64,000 nucleotides of DNA, taken from assembly GCA_000934665.2 (NCBI GenBank), contig JYFJ02001969.1, positions 1-64,000 of the forward strand, written 5' to 3'. The stretch is from Catajapyx aquilonaris. Taxonomy: Eukaryota. A model generated the notes under the pieces. It had not been told where the DNA came from. It made no database searches and was given only the letters and a program-made list of their open reading frames with translations. The position numbers and the translations under genes are program-made. Below, one piece after another: positions 25,512 to 39,638 of this stretch (within the stretch, counting starts at the first letter, position 1; each line of letters opens with the position of its first letter).

Positions 25512-26472
25512 CGAAGCCCTGCTCCCTTCACATCATGGAATAGAATTTCCCCACGTGACTGTGCAAATCATCATTTTCAGACACCTTTTTTTTCCATCAC
25601 ACTATGCTATGGTATATGAATGTTTGTATCAGTATAAACACAATATATTTGTACAGAGCGACCTGACTTGCTAAAGATAATTCTGTGCTGTATATTGCTA
25701 TGATGTAACACCTATAAATTATGATGACAAGTTCATGCTCATATTTTGTAGATATGGCATTTTGCCCTATTTGAGTCAGATATGCAGGCTCACAATTTTT
25801 AAGTCATTAGGAAATGATAAATTGACAAATGCTTTTATTGTGTGTACAGCATATTTTTACAAATTTCTGCCCTTCAGATGAACTTCAAACTAGAATGATA
25901 TGCAATTTTCTCATTACACTTCCTAATTCACTGTATGCCTACTTGAATGTAATCAAACTCTTTGCACCAGTGGTAGCCTCTGAATATAACTCACGGCAAA
26001 ATGTCTGATCTAATATACGAGTGCATGTCTGGATATATGTCTCCTCTCAATGCAAATCAATACGAAGCCATCCAAAATATCAGAAGGGGTTCCCTAGGGG
26101 GGAGCTTTTGATGAGGAAAGCCATGGGTGCATCATATTTGACCTCCAAGGTCATGAAGTTGCAGCACACAAAATTAGTTTGCTTTTCATATATTAACATT
26201 CAACATTGGATAAAATCAATCCACTTGCATATTTACATAAAAATTAAAACATTTCCCTTTTAAAATAAAATACATCTGTTACATCTTTGGTTATATTAAT
26301 GAAGCATCCAATTTCATAACATACAAACCAGGAATCAACACCTTAGAAGCTATGCTTACATACTTTACAAAAATAGTGCAGCGATTACTAGATTGGTCTC
26401 AGGAATGAGAAGTTGGGCAGGGGGAATACAAAATCGGTGGGATAACTATGCGCGAGTCAGTCTTTTTCCACT

Positions 26473-29400
26473 TCAGACTGGATGGTAATTTCCTTTGGGA
26501 CTATAAAACCACGTTCCTGTTGCAACGCGTCGCATAAATTCTGTGAGCAGAAGGCCTCTCTCCTTCTTTATCTTGTGGAGGATGCCCCTATTCTCATATG
26601 CCCTCCTGGATAAGTAAGGAAGCACCTCTCCCACAGGCCCATAGGGGACATATTTGTACACAGAATAACCTGCTTGACCTGCAAAGATAAATTGTGTTAC
26701 GACAAGCACTTGTAAAATAAGCCTCATAGTTTGAAAACCATACCTAGCAGGAAAGAAACCTGATCACACATCCCATACAGCTGTCCAAAGCAGATGACTT
26801 TGTCTGCTGGGTAAATGTCCATTTCCTTCATCCTGAAAAATAACAAAATGTGAGTCACATTGCAAAACTATACACCATATTGCAAAAATTCAAAAAAGGC
26901 TTACTTATGAATGGCAAAGCGAATGCTGTCCTCATTGTGTGTAGCGCACATGACTGCTACCCTCTTTTCCTGGGTTTGGTCCTTGAGAGTCCTGATGCGC
27001 TTCAGGCATTCCATCAGTGTCCTCTCGTATGACTTGGAAGTTTCCTCATAAGTGGGATGAATGGGATCCTCGTAGCCCAAAGCCGCTGCCCTGTCCCTTT
27101 CTTGCTCCATGTAAGCACCTCTAACCAGTTTGGCCCCAAAATAAAACTTCTGCCTGGCTGACTGTTCCAAATCGAGTGCCATATTGCGATGGGTATCCTT
27201 CAGGTAGCATTGGTACGTGTTGAATACTATTGCCTGAAAATTCAAAACACAGGTAACATTGCAGGTTATACTCACTCACTCAACTAGTAGTGGACCTGTT
27301 GCCAAATTCCCCCCCCCCCCTCCCCACGTATGAATGCCTTACTCCAAATAAATGCTTGTAGTGACAATTTCTCAGACTCCCTAATGAAATGAAAACGCTG
27401 GGATAAGATAATATAGGTGAATTTAGTCAAGGTCTTTGGATTTTCACAACTCTGAACAGAGAGGAAAAACTCAAGTGTCGCTCTAATATCCTTAGCAGCA
27501 ACCCATAACAACCCTTTTAATTATCTGAGGCTACACCAGAAGCAATCCTTGGGAGCCTTCCCTTTACGGTCACATATTATGACATTCCATTGGTGGTAGC
27601 ATAATTATGACGACATCAGGTTTCCAGTGAAGGTCTGGATATCCCACAGATATTCCATATTGTTAGCAAGGGTTAACAATGGGGCCACATTCTCTCACGG
27701 TATGACTGCAGGCAAGTTCTAGTGATTTTGAATTGTCATTATTTGCGTCTCAAGCTAGCTCCAACCAGTACCAACTTGCACAAGGAAAATGAGCATTCAG
27801 CAACATGACAAAAGGAGCCTCATTCTGCTCTATTTTTAGACTGCTTCGGCCATTCTCCTCATCCGAAACCAAAATAATGTGTGTAATGATAAGCCAACCT
27901 TCGGGTTGATTCACCTGCTACCATGAAATCCTACACCAGATTATAGGCAAGTCTCGGAAAATTCTCAAAGATAAGTAACCACATGTAACAATAGCGTACA
28001 GTGCTGGACATTAATTCCGTCAGTCACCGGCCGGGGACAAGCCTTTTTCTGCATTGCTCCCAGCTGGTGACGTCACCCAAGGCCTACCATTTCTTACTCG
28101 CATGGTTCGCACTCCATCAATTCAATGTTCACTTCCGCCCCATTGGAACTTGTCGCTAGCAGCACGACGGAATTAATGTCCAGCACTGGACTGCATACAA
28201 AATCTACACTGTCTATATAATCACAAAATATGTGTAGCCTACTACCTTCTGCTGATTGTACTTGGACATCATCTCCAATGTGATCCTGGATATGGCAGGT
28301 TGGAAGTAAGTCTGCTCTGCATCCACCATGACCCTGGCATCCAGCTCACTGGCAGCCTGGTGGAAGTTCAAACAGGATCCAGTAGTGTGACAAAACTCGA
28401 TGGGTTTGGAGGGGGGACGCCCACGACAAATGGATGTACCTTGAAGATGGTGTGCAGCCTCCGCATCATGTTGCGAAACATTTCCTCCTCTTCCTCGGTC
28501 AGTGGATCAATGATGGGCTTCAGCTCTCCACTGTGGAGGTCAGGGACCCGGAACACGTGCCTCAGGTCATCCTGTGCGTCGATAACAAAATTCCAGGGCA
28601 GCACGTTGATCAGGCTGCATAAGAGGTGTCACAAGATATATGTGGGTGAGAAAGAAGCCCAATGCTATTATTAGAACCAGGAGAGGTTAATGAGACCATA
28701 AGTTGTAGTTGGCAAGTGTTCTAACTAGATCAAGGAATCTGGGACCTAAATACTTTGCGGCCCTTCCAGCAAGCGAAGTACGTACCCACACTCATCATAA
28801 GTCATGTGCTGTAGCCATTGTTGGACCTGGGTGTCTTTTAATATGGCAGCCTGTGAGAAGGCTGTCTGCAATTGTTCTGGCTGCAGGTGTTGCTCAATCA
28901 CAGGACCAGCGACACTTCCAGAAACTTCCGAGATGTACCGCCGGACACGGACAATGGCTTCAGACAATTGCAGCTGGAAAAATTTTAAAAATAGTAGATG
29001 CACATGTAACAAATTTTAATATCCTATATCAATGGCATGACTGAAATAAATGGTATCAGAAATACGAGATCAATGCCCTTGTGATTAAGAGTGCTCTGAT
29101 TATCTATGCTGTTGCAAAAGGGGCCCATCGAGGTGCACCCTCAACATTAGATTGTGAGGATCATGCAAATTCAGCAATTCATTACCAGCAATTGAGGTCT
29201 TCCCAGGGCAGTCATCTTGATTGCTGCAAATCCAGTGCAGCCAGTGACCCCCGCAACAGACTCAATGCACCTCAGAAATATATCCATGTTGCGCTCGCAT
29301 TGCGCTTCATTCATGTAGAAGTACGTGCGAGCACCTTCCACTCTATAACGTCGGTCTGCAAACTGCCGATGGGCATGAAACTTCCTTATGGATCCTTCTG

Positions 29401-31518
29401 CACAGTCAAATCACCTCCGTTAGTCTGGAGCGACATAGTATATGCAGGAACACAGACAACAATGAGGTGAAAAAACCTAATTCTACCTTCTTGTGGGTTA
29501 TCCCCTGCAGCTGAGACACACGAACTAGGGAAGATGGAACGCAATAAACTAGGATGATACATAGTATGCAGTAATGCGAGAAAATATTATACGTACATCA
29601 TTTCCTTCTCCTCAGCCTCTTGAGAGCTCAAGTCTTCTTCCACCGAATAGTCCAGGATAGACTTCACACCAAAGGACCGCATCCTTTCGAGTGCCGGCTG
29701 GATCGACTTCTGGTCTTCGCCTGCGACAAAATGCCCATAAAAGGTGCCTTTCATCAGGGTCTCGAATAAGCGGTTGCCGAGAATAGAACGGCCCAATTTC
29801 ATCAGCTGGAATAATGAGGAGGAATAAGTAATGAAGGTGGATTATTGCGCAACACACTGAACATGCACATAAATAATCATATACAGTCAAACAACCACAA
29901 ACTTTTTAATGGTACATTGTCGAAATATGGGGTGAATATTTATTTAATCTATAAGCTTGTTCCAGGCAATCACACTTGAACTCTCGCATATGCAAAAACC
30001 CATTACGACCCTCTCCCAATAACAAGTGATGTGATAATTATTATGTTGTTATTTCCTACCCCGTGCTGAGACCGTGGTCAAAAAATTTACGTATAAAAAT
30101 TTTCAAACTAAACTACTGATGTTGCTACCTATACCACATTGCAAAACTCCGATAACGAGCCAGCAATTAAAAAGCTATACCGATCCGGTCCATCAGACAT
30201 TTATATAATTTAACCCCCCTTGTGTAACGTCACGTTAAAAAATCCCTATAAACTCCGACTGCAAGCCCAGCATTATCTGACCTCAGGAAATTAATTCCTC
30301 CTTCCCCGATATGATAACACTTTATATCACTACAGTGTCGCAATGTGTCGCTCTCAGCACTTCATTCCGCACACAATAAAACCCGTTGAAACCCAATCCC
30401 CCATGAAGGGTCAGCGTACCATCTTAATTCTAACCCATACATCAGGTCTACAACCCTGCAAGAATGACTAAGGCCCCCCAATATATTTAGGCCTCACCCC
30501 ATGTATAGCTACCCAAAAGGTAAACACCCCACCATCCATTTTTATAAAATCAATCTGATACCCCTCGATGAGACTCTATTGACTCGAATTTATTTGAGCT
30601 CGTTCTTAACAAGATAAGAGTGGCTTAGCAACAACTGGGTGTTGTTTTTTGTAGTTGGCGGTACAGAAGCCCAGACTTGGAGGAGCCTCTTGGGTGGGCA
30701 GGAGAGGGAGACGGGTGTAGCTTTTGGCAGGAACCAGACCCAATCCGGATCCAACTAGAATTATCCGGATGTTCCCATTTTAAAAGTACGGCATGACGTG
30801 CAACAATGCAAATTGCAACATGCCAAGTGGCAGGTGATATGATAGCGTCAATCTTTGGGAATACCGGTACTTGAACTTATCGGCGCCTCTGTAGGTCACA
30901 TGGCAAGGTCGATCAATGTCACGGTCACTATTGAGATCGATCTGTTTTTTTGCATTAGCGCCGCTCAAAATTGCGCGTAAAATAATGCACGGCACCGACG
31001 TTTACGTCAGTGCAACTGCGAAGTGACCTTGGGAGCAATACTGGCGCACCGCCACATGTCCTGTTGCACACACATATTTACCATCACGGATTTCCCTTCG
31101 CATGACTATTCAACACCCATCCCAACAATGCAACGTTGCATAATGCAGTATGTGCCAAAAAATATTTTGCAGATGCACACCGCTTATTTTTAGTACGGTG
31201 TGTTACACAACGCGGTTTCCAAGAGCGTACCTTCATGTTGTTGTCCACCAGATATGATGAGGAGCATAGTGTGAAGACCACATATGCTCTAAATATCTCC
31301 CACGTGGTCTTGCTCTGGAAGGCCTTCTTAGCATCCTGGAAGGTCAGATCCAGCTGGTCGTACCTTCGATCGTCAGGCTGTGCTCCGGTGGCGGTCACCT
31401 CATTTCCGGGGATGGCGATACCTCCGTTGGCGGCCGCCACCGAGCTCTTGGACGCAACGGTCCCGCACCTACCCACTGCCAGTACCCTCCAACTCTTTCG
31501 GGCCAGACACGAGGCCAT
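26473..31518 (-). CDS. slgA: Proline dehydrogenase 1, mitochondrial (sluggish A ortholog)
   Basis: Exons 31518-31231, 29805-29597, 29524-29487, 29397-29186, 28973-28786, 28614-28440, 28356-28246, 27233-26905, 26832-26744, 26678-26473. Canonical motifs [86 protein letters not shown]. Confidence 0.93.
27999..28188. mobile_element. Short Tc1/mariner-like MITE in a slgA intron
   Basis: TIR cagtgctggacattaattccgtc / gacggaattaatgtccagcactg. Left TA. Same terminal 12 nt as the right end of the 4678-5085 element. Confidence 0.75.
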
Positions 31519-32019
31519 AGTGTTTCACTGGCAAGCGGTCTTCCACACGACTGCGGAAGAGGGGTGGGGAGACCAACAGGGTCTATTAATGCCCTCCACC
31601 ACCCAGCCCCATTTGACGCATACCCCTGCTCTCTGATTGGCTCCGAGAAGAAGGCGTGTCCCGATCCGGACCTAGGATTGGGCACGGACTCAAGGCATCA
31701 CGATGTTACGTAATTCTGACGACCGGAGGTACCGTTTTGGGTACTCGACTGGTGATGATGCGGTTGTCGTGTGCTATGCTAATCGGGGTGTGACGGATAC
31801 CAGCCGGATACTTCCGGTGTTTCGTTAACAATGTTTGTACCTGCCGCCCGTACCTGCACTACCGGTACAACTTGCGCCATCTTGTGAGCATTATTTATCG
31901 GAAATGATCCGACTGAATTGGTGCTTTATTATTGGTTGGATATTCGGACGCGGCCTTTGTTCTGGAATATAACACAACAAGGGGCAGAACACGGGGCGAA
32001 ACGTGGGTCCTGGAGTGTG
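31519..32019. promoter_or_regulatory. Compact bidirectional promoter (slgA / DUF4807-like gene)
   Basis: Divergent start codons ~500 bp apart. CpG-rich. ATTGG (CCAAT) boxes near 31636 and 31677, CTTCCGG (Ets-like) near 31811, GCGCCATCTT (YY1-like) near 31874. Confidence 0.5.
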
Positions 32020-35003
32020 ATGGAGGATGACAGCCTGGCGGTGTTTGTGGCGGTGACTGGACGTGTGCGGGATCTAGTACTGGTTTCAGGCGGAGGGGTC
32101 TGCAGGGAGCGGGAATGGGCGGGGGATGGTCAGCATGCACAACATTTGGTAAATTTGGTACTGCACTGTTTTGGGTCGTATGTGTCATGCCTACTGGGGT
32201 ACAGCTGGTTTTAACCACTTTAGAAGCTAGCACAACCTCACATGAGAAAATGTGTCATTTACAAGCACATCGTATTGAATCTAATGAAATATTCATTTCC
32301 AGCGTCAATGCAGACATGACTACAGGAGCATGACACTTCACCTGGATGCTGATTTCGTCTCGTACTTGACTGCTTCTCTAGTTGTCTCCGAGACACTTAG
32401 AAGAGGGCTGATCAAAAATTTTAATATGCAGCTGATGAGAAAGGCAGTGTCCAATGGGCAACGGAATGCACTTATTCTAAGTCTGAAGCCCCCCGAGAGG
32501 CCTGTTATGGACCTCATTTGGTGCCAGATGATCAACTTACAACTGCAGGAATTAGCTGAGCTGAGCCATACAATGTCATGGCTTTCCACGCTCGGGGGAG
32601 GATTCTCGGCATTAGGAGATTACCATGATGAATGTGTAAGTGTTTCAGTTTTACAATGTTGAGTTGCATGGAAATTTGGCTTTGTCTGCACAACGTAACA
32701 CCATTGTTGCTGTTGCGCCATTAATAGCCCAGTCAATAAAGTATGGAAATTAATTTGGCACAGCTGGACATGCAACTAAGTTAATATTTTGTATATAAAA
32801 AAATTAGAATGGGTACTTTGGTAGTCTACCAAGAGCCAATATCCGATTTCCAGTGTAAGAAGTTAAAAACAAGCTGCTGAGTCATGTCTTTCTTTTAATG
32901 GTGAAATGACAGGAAATCTCTCACTAGGTGACTCAAGATCAAAAGTATAACATGATGACACCTAGAAAATTAGTCCACTTTAAAAAAGCAAACTGTTGAC
33001 TGCTCCAGTGGCATCAAAAATTTCTTTCTTATCAGGGTGACCCCAAGATTTTGATTGGGGACAAGGGTAAACAGAAATTGTTTCAAGAATGTTATACCAC
33101 ACGTTGAATATTGTTACAATTGGATTTGGCAAACCCTTATCTTAACTAGTTACACACGTGTTTGTATTACCACATTAGGCACAACTATGTGACTTTGCTC
33201 GTGCAATATGAGGATATCCTCATATTGTCAGGCACAGTCCAGTATAAAAGCATAGAATCTTGAAAGGATGAGTTAGTCCATGGGTGCTAGCTAGGTGACT
33301 CATGATTGGCATAATGTAGCAGCTCAATAATTAAGACCAGCCAGGGCGGTGTAGAGATACCGTCATTGATAATAATTTGCATTCTGTTGTAACTCTGTAT
33401 AATTGACTTTAACCTAATCTGATCTAAACATCTGTAAATACGGCATAATTAAACGAAATCAACCCAGCCCTTAAAATATTATTTGAACACGAACCAGTTA
33501 CCCGGCTCCGGGATAATAAGGGTGACAATATTACAATTACGTAAAACTTTAATGCCTGTCACCATAATCTTCAGATACGTACAGTACACAGTATAACACC
33601 ATTTAATCAACAGAAATGTTATTTCTCTCTCTCTAATCTCATGGATAAATCACTGATAAAATGTGCTTTATCCTTCTGGAATCATAATTATCCATAGTCA
33701 TTAACCCTCGGATGGTGACGTGGGCACTTTTTGTGATCAACGTGTATTTTCGCTATAACATTGAAAATTTACCACATATGAGCTTCATCTTTTAGGACAT
33801 CTTAGTTTGATTCCTTTTGCAATTAATGGCATTTAGTTTAAATTTTGAGAGTGAATAACACGATCAGAAAAAAAATTATGTACTGATGCATAGTTGTGGC
33901 CAAGGCTGCATTCCATCCCTTCCTGCTTTACAGAGAGGGGACCTGAGCTATCAGTACTGATAAGCTCAGGCCCCCCTTCTGGAAAGCTTAGTGATTCATG
34001 AAGCCAGCTCTGGGTTTGGGTTTTTGAAAGGAAACCGGTTTCGGTCTCTCAGGTGACACTGCACACATTATGGCCCCAAATACACATCAGTGCATAATTG
34101 ATTTTTTAACGATCATACTATCTGCTCAAGAATTATAAACTAAATGCCATTCATCGCAGAAGGATTCAAATGTGTAACTTGGTCACAAAAAGTGCCCATG
34201 TCACCATCCTAGGGTTAAAGACAAGCCCCTCCATTGCACCAATCATGAGCACCATTTGTGGATGACAATGTATTGGAACTTTGGAAACTACCAATATAAA
34301 TGACATTAATCAGTGACTATGTGGAAAGGAGCAGTTTCAGATGCTCTTTCATTCGTGTACAGTACCTGCAGATGTTGTGAAGAACATTCCAATGACCTTG
34401 AGAGCAACAAAGGGGGGGGGGAAGAAACCATTTCATTGCTTGTCACATCTATCCTTCGCAGATCAAGTGGTTATGCTATGTTATGTGCTATATCACTGAA
34501 AAAGATGGAGACGATTTTGCTTTTGGTTTCAGGACAAAATCGTCTCTATCTTTTTAAGCGATATAGTACCTGTAGTTGTCATATTTGGAAGAGAAAAAAA
34601 TAATTTATCTGGGAATGAGGTACACCATAATTCTAGACTGCCACTGCAAGCTATTTTTTATGAATTATGTTCAAAATTGTCAATTGACTTGCTATTACTT
34701 AATAATAACAACATTTTGGCTCTCACTTTGTTACAGGCCGAGGTAGCAGGTAAAATCTCAAAAAGGCAGCTGGCCATTGCACATCAAATGGGTGACCCCA
34801 TCATGACAGCCAAGTGTCGCCTTTATGCTGCACTGAGCTTGATCCAACTAGGACGCCTCAAATCTGCTAGAAGAATAATTGAAGCCCAATACCACTTTGC
34901 AAGATCCCTTCCAGAAGGGTCTTCAGATATTGTGTTACACCGGATGTGCCTAGGAATATGGTCCAAGCTGAAATATGAATGGATGCTGAAACATAGGAAG
35001 TGA
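32020..35003 (+). CDS. Uncharacterised protein, DUF4807 (F58A4.6-like) family
   Basis: Exons 32020-32148, 32303-32635, 34737-35003 all join in phase 0. Motifs MSWLSTLGGGFSALGDY, AGKISKRQLAIAHQMGDPIMTAKCRLYAALSLIQLG, MCLGIWSKL recalled as typical of this family. Confidence 0.75.
33701..34218. mobile_element. piggyBac-like MITE with TTAA TSD
   Basis: TTAA-ccctcggatggtgacgtgggcactttttgtgatcaa ... ttggtcacaaaaagtgcccatgtcaccatcctaggg-TTAA. Subterminal inverted repeat aatggcatttagttta/taaactaaatgccatt. Central palindrome cctgagctatcagtactgataagctcagg. Confidence 0.85.
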
Positions 35004-35774
35004 CACAAGGTTATTTTAAGGACTTGAAAAAATTGTGGTGTGAACATTTAAAATAAGAGTCATGAGTGTTCAGGGTAAAATGCTTTCTATTTTGCAATTG
35101 GATGAGTAATTAAATTGATTAGAAAGGAAAACAAAAGACTGATGTCAATCCCGCATGTTTGGATATTCACCTACCAAAGGGATTATTAAAAAGTTCATTT
35201 TTTTGTATAAATTTTCCTTTTTTGTTTCACAACACTTGGTAGTTTGCATGCAGCTGCACCAAAGCCAACCTCGTAATTTCACACAGGCGATTTAATTCCA
35301 ATAACAATATCGCCATCACTTTTAAAAATAGAGAAATACTCAAAATTATGCTTGCATTCCTTTTTCAATGCTACTCAAGTTGGTGGAAAATGAGGAAGCA
35401 AGCAGCAGACATAAAATACAAAGCCTTACAAATTCCACGTAACAAGTGGACACACCGGAATGACGCCGCGTCAGTGACACTTATTATAACCAAATTGTAA
35501 TACCTGGCGCAGACCATGACAGAGAGGCAGCAAGTACTCAGGTACGGATCAGCTAAATAAAAATAAAAATAAGTGACAAAATACAGGGCTGATCAATCTC
35601 TGCTGACTAGTCGCAAAATATATCTGTGCTCAGGAAAGACTTTAAAACAAATGGCCATCCCAACATATCGCAGTTTAAACGTGGCATTGAAGAACCTTTT
35701 GTCGGAGGTAGGGGAATGAACGAGGTTAATGGTGCTTATGTCGAGGGGAAGACAAAAAATAACAAAAGCCAAGT

Positions 35775-38471
35775 TTAACGTGCAAGGGCTCCCATAGGAT
35801 CCCACGCTGGGAGGACAATGGGTGACATTCCATAGACTGTAAGGACCTCCTCCGGAACCAGCTTCTTGTCCACCACCACCTCAAACACAAACTCACGGAA
35901 CCAGTCGTTTGACATGAGGAGGTAGCCCTTCTCTCCACGGTCATCACCCCAGGAGTTCTCCACACGCCACTTACATGGCTTTTCTTCTTCCTGATGAGTT
36001 TTTGGAAGGAGAGGAACAGAAAAGTGAATGTCATAAGATCATTAAAACATTCCAAGGATCATTCAAACCTGAATGATCAAGTTACTGGTGTTTCACTTTA
36101 GCTTTTGACACTGTTAGCCACAATCATCTTCCACCAATTATTATTCATTCAAACAGAGAATGGCACTGACATCACAAGCTTTTAACTGTTAGTTTCATTG
36201 CATAGAGGCCTATCCATGTCAGTTCAGCCCCGTTTGCACCCTTGATGTGGCCGTCATTGGTTAAACCAAATTTGTTGAAAAATTAAAAAATTCTTCTGTG
36301 TAGTCATCAACAGAAAAATCAAGGTTCCAAAAAAAGCCAAAATTCCACAATCATGCAAATGAAACTGAAGAAACCCAAATTTTTCCAGGCTACTACTACA
36401 TCTAAAACTTACATCTAATGAAACAGCAGTGAAGACCATGGCATGTGTCATGAGGCTCTCTCCATAAAGTAGTCTCTCTGCCTTGGTCAGTCCTAAAGTC
36501 ACTTCTACTCCAAATACATCCTTGTAGTTGTGCCTGTAAGGAAACGAGTCGCAATGAGAGGAATGTTATCAAAGCGACTGGGTTTAGCAGTCATACAGGG
36601 TGAGGTCCTCTATTCCTTGCTTGGCGGCCAGCCGCTTCCCAACCTCACACCCAAACCAGACAGGCTCATTCATTTTGATGGAATCAGCTACCGCCTTGGC
36701 CAGCAGGTCGATTGGCTGATTGTTGTATATGGTGTGGCGCCCACCCACCATGTTTCCCAGACAGTCCACTGTGTATGCCTTCCCGTATGAGTTGCTTGGG
36801 CGAGGGTCATTCACAAGGCACACCTGCACCAACACACCACAAGATTTAAATATTCCATCACAAAGTCTGTCTCGAAATGGCTGATTTATGAATTTTCAGC
36901 CCTCCTAGATCACCAAATATCAGGGCACCCTCATTTTATTTGGGGTTTTAATTGGCGAACATTAAGGGAAACTGAAATCGTTCAGGCAAAGAAACAAGAT
37001 GAAACACAAACCTTGTCTTCAACGTTGTAATATGGCTTGACGTATTCCTCATAAAACTGCTTGGGCGTGATGGGCCCCACCTTGTGGTACTGCTTGCTCT
37101 TGTCATAATACTCCCACACAAAGGTGTCTCTTGGGATGCCCAAGCAGATACCCACTATCCGATATATTTCTAGCATGCAGTCCTGAATCTTGCCTCGCAG
37201 CTCCCCATCTGAGCAACCACTGTCCATGAGTTCCCTCAGGACCTTGGTGTATTCCCGCAACTTGCTTCGAAGGATAGTGTTCATCCGGGAGCTTGTCTCT
37301 GAGTTAAATGACTCGGGGAAGCACTTTTTGGGCATCAGGCCATAGCGTGTTATGAGGTTTACCAGCATGTCCCATTGGCCACCATCACAAGTTGGATCCT
37401 GAAAATACAGCCTACATTAAGCACCTGTGTCAAGTTTCGGCTACATTCTAACAAATATACTCCATGTAATTATTGTCAGTGGTGGCTCCTCATGAGTCTA
37501 AGTTGGAGTGCACATTAACATGAATCATAGAGATGCGACTTCTTTCGAGATGTGGTGGTCTTCTAGTGGTAGTCTTTCTAGAGTGGAATGTCTGCTTTAT
37601 GCCTTTCTCAACAAGCCCAAGTTCTCTTGGAATATGTCGGAACAAGAATGCATTTACTAAATGGTTTGGCAGCAATGAGGAACCAAGTTAAGAACCACAT
37701 AAATTGTCACCATCAGTTTCATTATCCATGTCACTTGCAAAATTTTTGTGCATACCTGTAGCAAAAAGGACACTAGTCGACCTTCCACCAGCTCCCCTCT
37801 CCGTGCTGTCTCCACCACATTGTTCAAGAAGTAGTTGCAACGTTCAATCTGTCCAAATAAACATGTAGCTATGAGCATCTTCACATCAGCTGCCCAAAAA
37901 AAATACTGGTACCTTATCCCAAAAGAAGAGGTAAGCCTGGCTGAACTCAAACTCGTCCAGGTTGTGCTGTTTGACAAAGGGAACTCGGATGACATTGAGG
38001 CAAGCAAATATCCAGCAGCGTCCAGACACCTTCTGGTTGGTCACTGGCTTCCCCTCACACTCAATCTTGTGTGTAAACACATGCTGGTGAACCTCCTCAA
38101 GAGCCCCGCGGGAAAGGCACACATCCAATGGGTCAAAGCGGCTGCACACATTTTGCGCCAGTACGTTTTTGGAGTCCAAATAGAAGCTGGTGCGGAACTT
38201 GTGCAGCAATTCCGGAGTCATTGTTACTGAAGTCAAAGAATTTCAGGTCATGATGCTACCTAAGCTTTCATTATTTTAGGGTGTTGTCAAGGGCAAAGTT
38301 TTATGATCCAACATTTTGGCACAAAGGGCTTTACAGCAGTTCTTGGAAGGGCAAAAGGGTGGCCATAAATGCTACCTTTCTCCCAAAATTCTGTACATAG
38401 CTGACATGCTCCAGTACTGTTCAAAAGGTTGGTACTTCAAACATGACCCATCCGGACTTACCGACTGCCAT
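35775..38471 (-). CDS. BLMH: Bleomycin hydrolase (peptidase C1B cysteine aminopeptidase)
   Basis: Exons 38471-38462 (ATG GCA GTC G), 38226-37913, 37848-37756, 37398-37012, 36823-36597, 36533-36413, 35990-35775. Catalytic motifs NQKVSGRCWIF, MTHAMVF, WRVENSWG and C-terminal WDPMGALA. A likely non-coding first exon ends near 38804. Confidence 0.95.
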
Positions 38472-39638
38472 TTTCGGTGTGTCAACACAGCTCTGCAAAC
38501 AATGGAAGCGATACGTCAGTCAAGCTTAGTGGGAGATACAGGATGTCATCCCCCAACTATATCCATAGGCTCAATGCCTCCCAGCCAAAAAAGGGAAAAC
38601 CTGACCTTTTCCAATCCACCCCAAAAAAGGGACTGGTTTCTGTCGACCTACATAGACCCCCAACTGACCCACTTTTTAAAAATCCTTCCTTCAAACCCCC
38701 CCAACCTCGAACATGAATCGAATAATGACGAGCAAAGAGATAGAAACAAACCATTTCTATACGACTCTTTTTTGTGTCGGGTAGTATTGGTCGATGTGTG
38801 TACCCTTCAATGGATGCCCGGAACAGTCGTGTCAGGCCGTGTGCTCTTCAAGGTCCTAGTGACGATAACACGGGGGCGGGCGGTGGGAGGAGGGGCCTTC
38901 CCCCACGGTGATCTCGAGAGGGAGAGACTCGCCGAACGTCGGAAGCGGACCGACCCAAAGAGGAGAAAGTGAAAATTGTCCTTCCAATGTGGCACCAATT
39001 CACTCCACTTCCAATCCTGCCTAGAGCTGGCTGAACTTCCAACCCTATTCGTAACCGGATATTTGAGTTGGCATATTATTAAAATCGGATGATTACCGAT
39101 CCGTTTCAATATTTTGTAAATAAATTTTGAATTTAATTGCCAACTACTTGCAGTTAAAGTGTAAATCGGTATTAATCCAGATATGTTTGTACAACCAACG
39201 ATTATGTAAAAATTGATGGCTACATCCGCCATGTTTGATGCAGTCATTGAATGGCCTTCACAGCATAAAAATTGACCTACTTTCTCACCAGTGAGAAAGA
39301 AAAAGAAAGCGACCTAATCCTTTCCCTTCCTCACTCTCACCTTGCAGGAACTGTTTCCTTATGAAGTCACAGGGCGTATCGTAATTCACTCAATGCGCTG
39401 GCATCCATAATGAAGTAACGCTGCCATTTTAACATGGCATTACACAAGTTCCCGATGCAAATGTTTCCGCCGCAATTATAGTTAACAGGCAGTAGCTAAA
39501 ATGAGACTAATGGCAGCACTCGATTGATTCAAATAAACAGTATACAAAACCAAAGAGCACGAGATTCTTGCCTTTCTACTAAAGCATTGCTTCACAAGAT
39601 CAAGAAATCACACAATGGTAATAAATGATACGAATGTA

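Noticed and set aside
38316..39247. 218-aa and 146-aa ORFs upstream of BLMH
   Set aside because: They overlap the BLMH 5' exons and promoter, and show no domain-like content.
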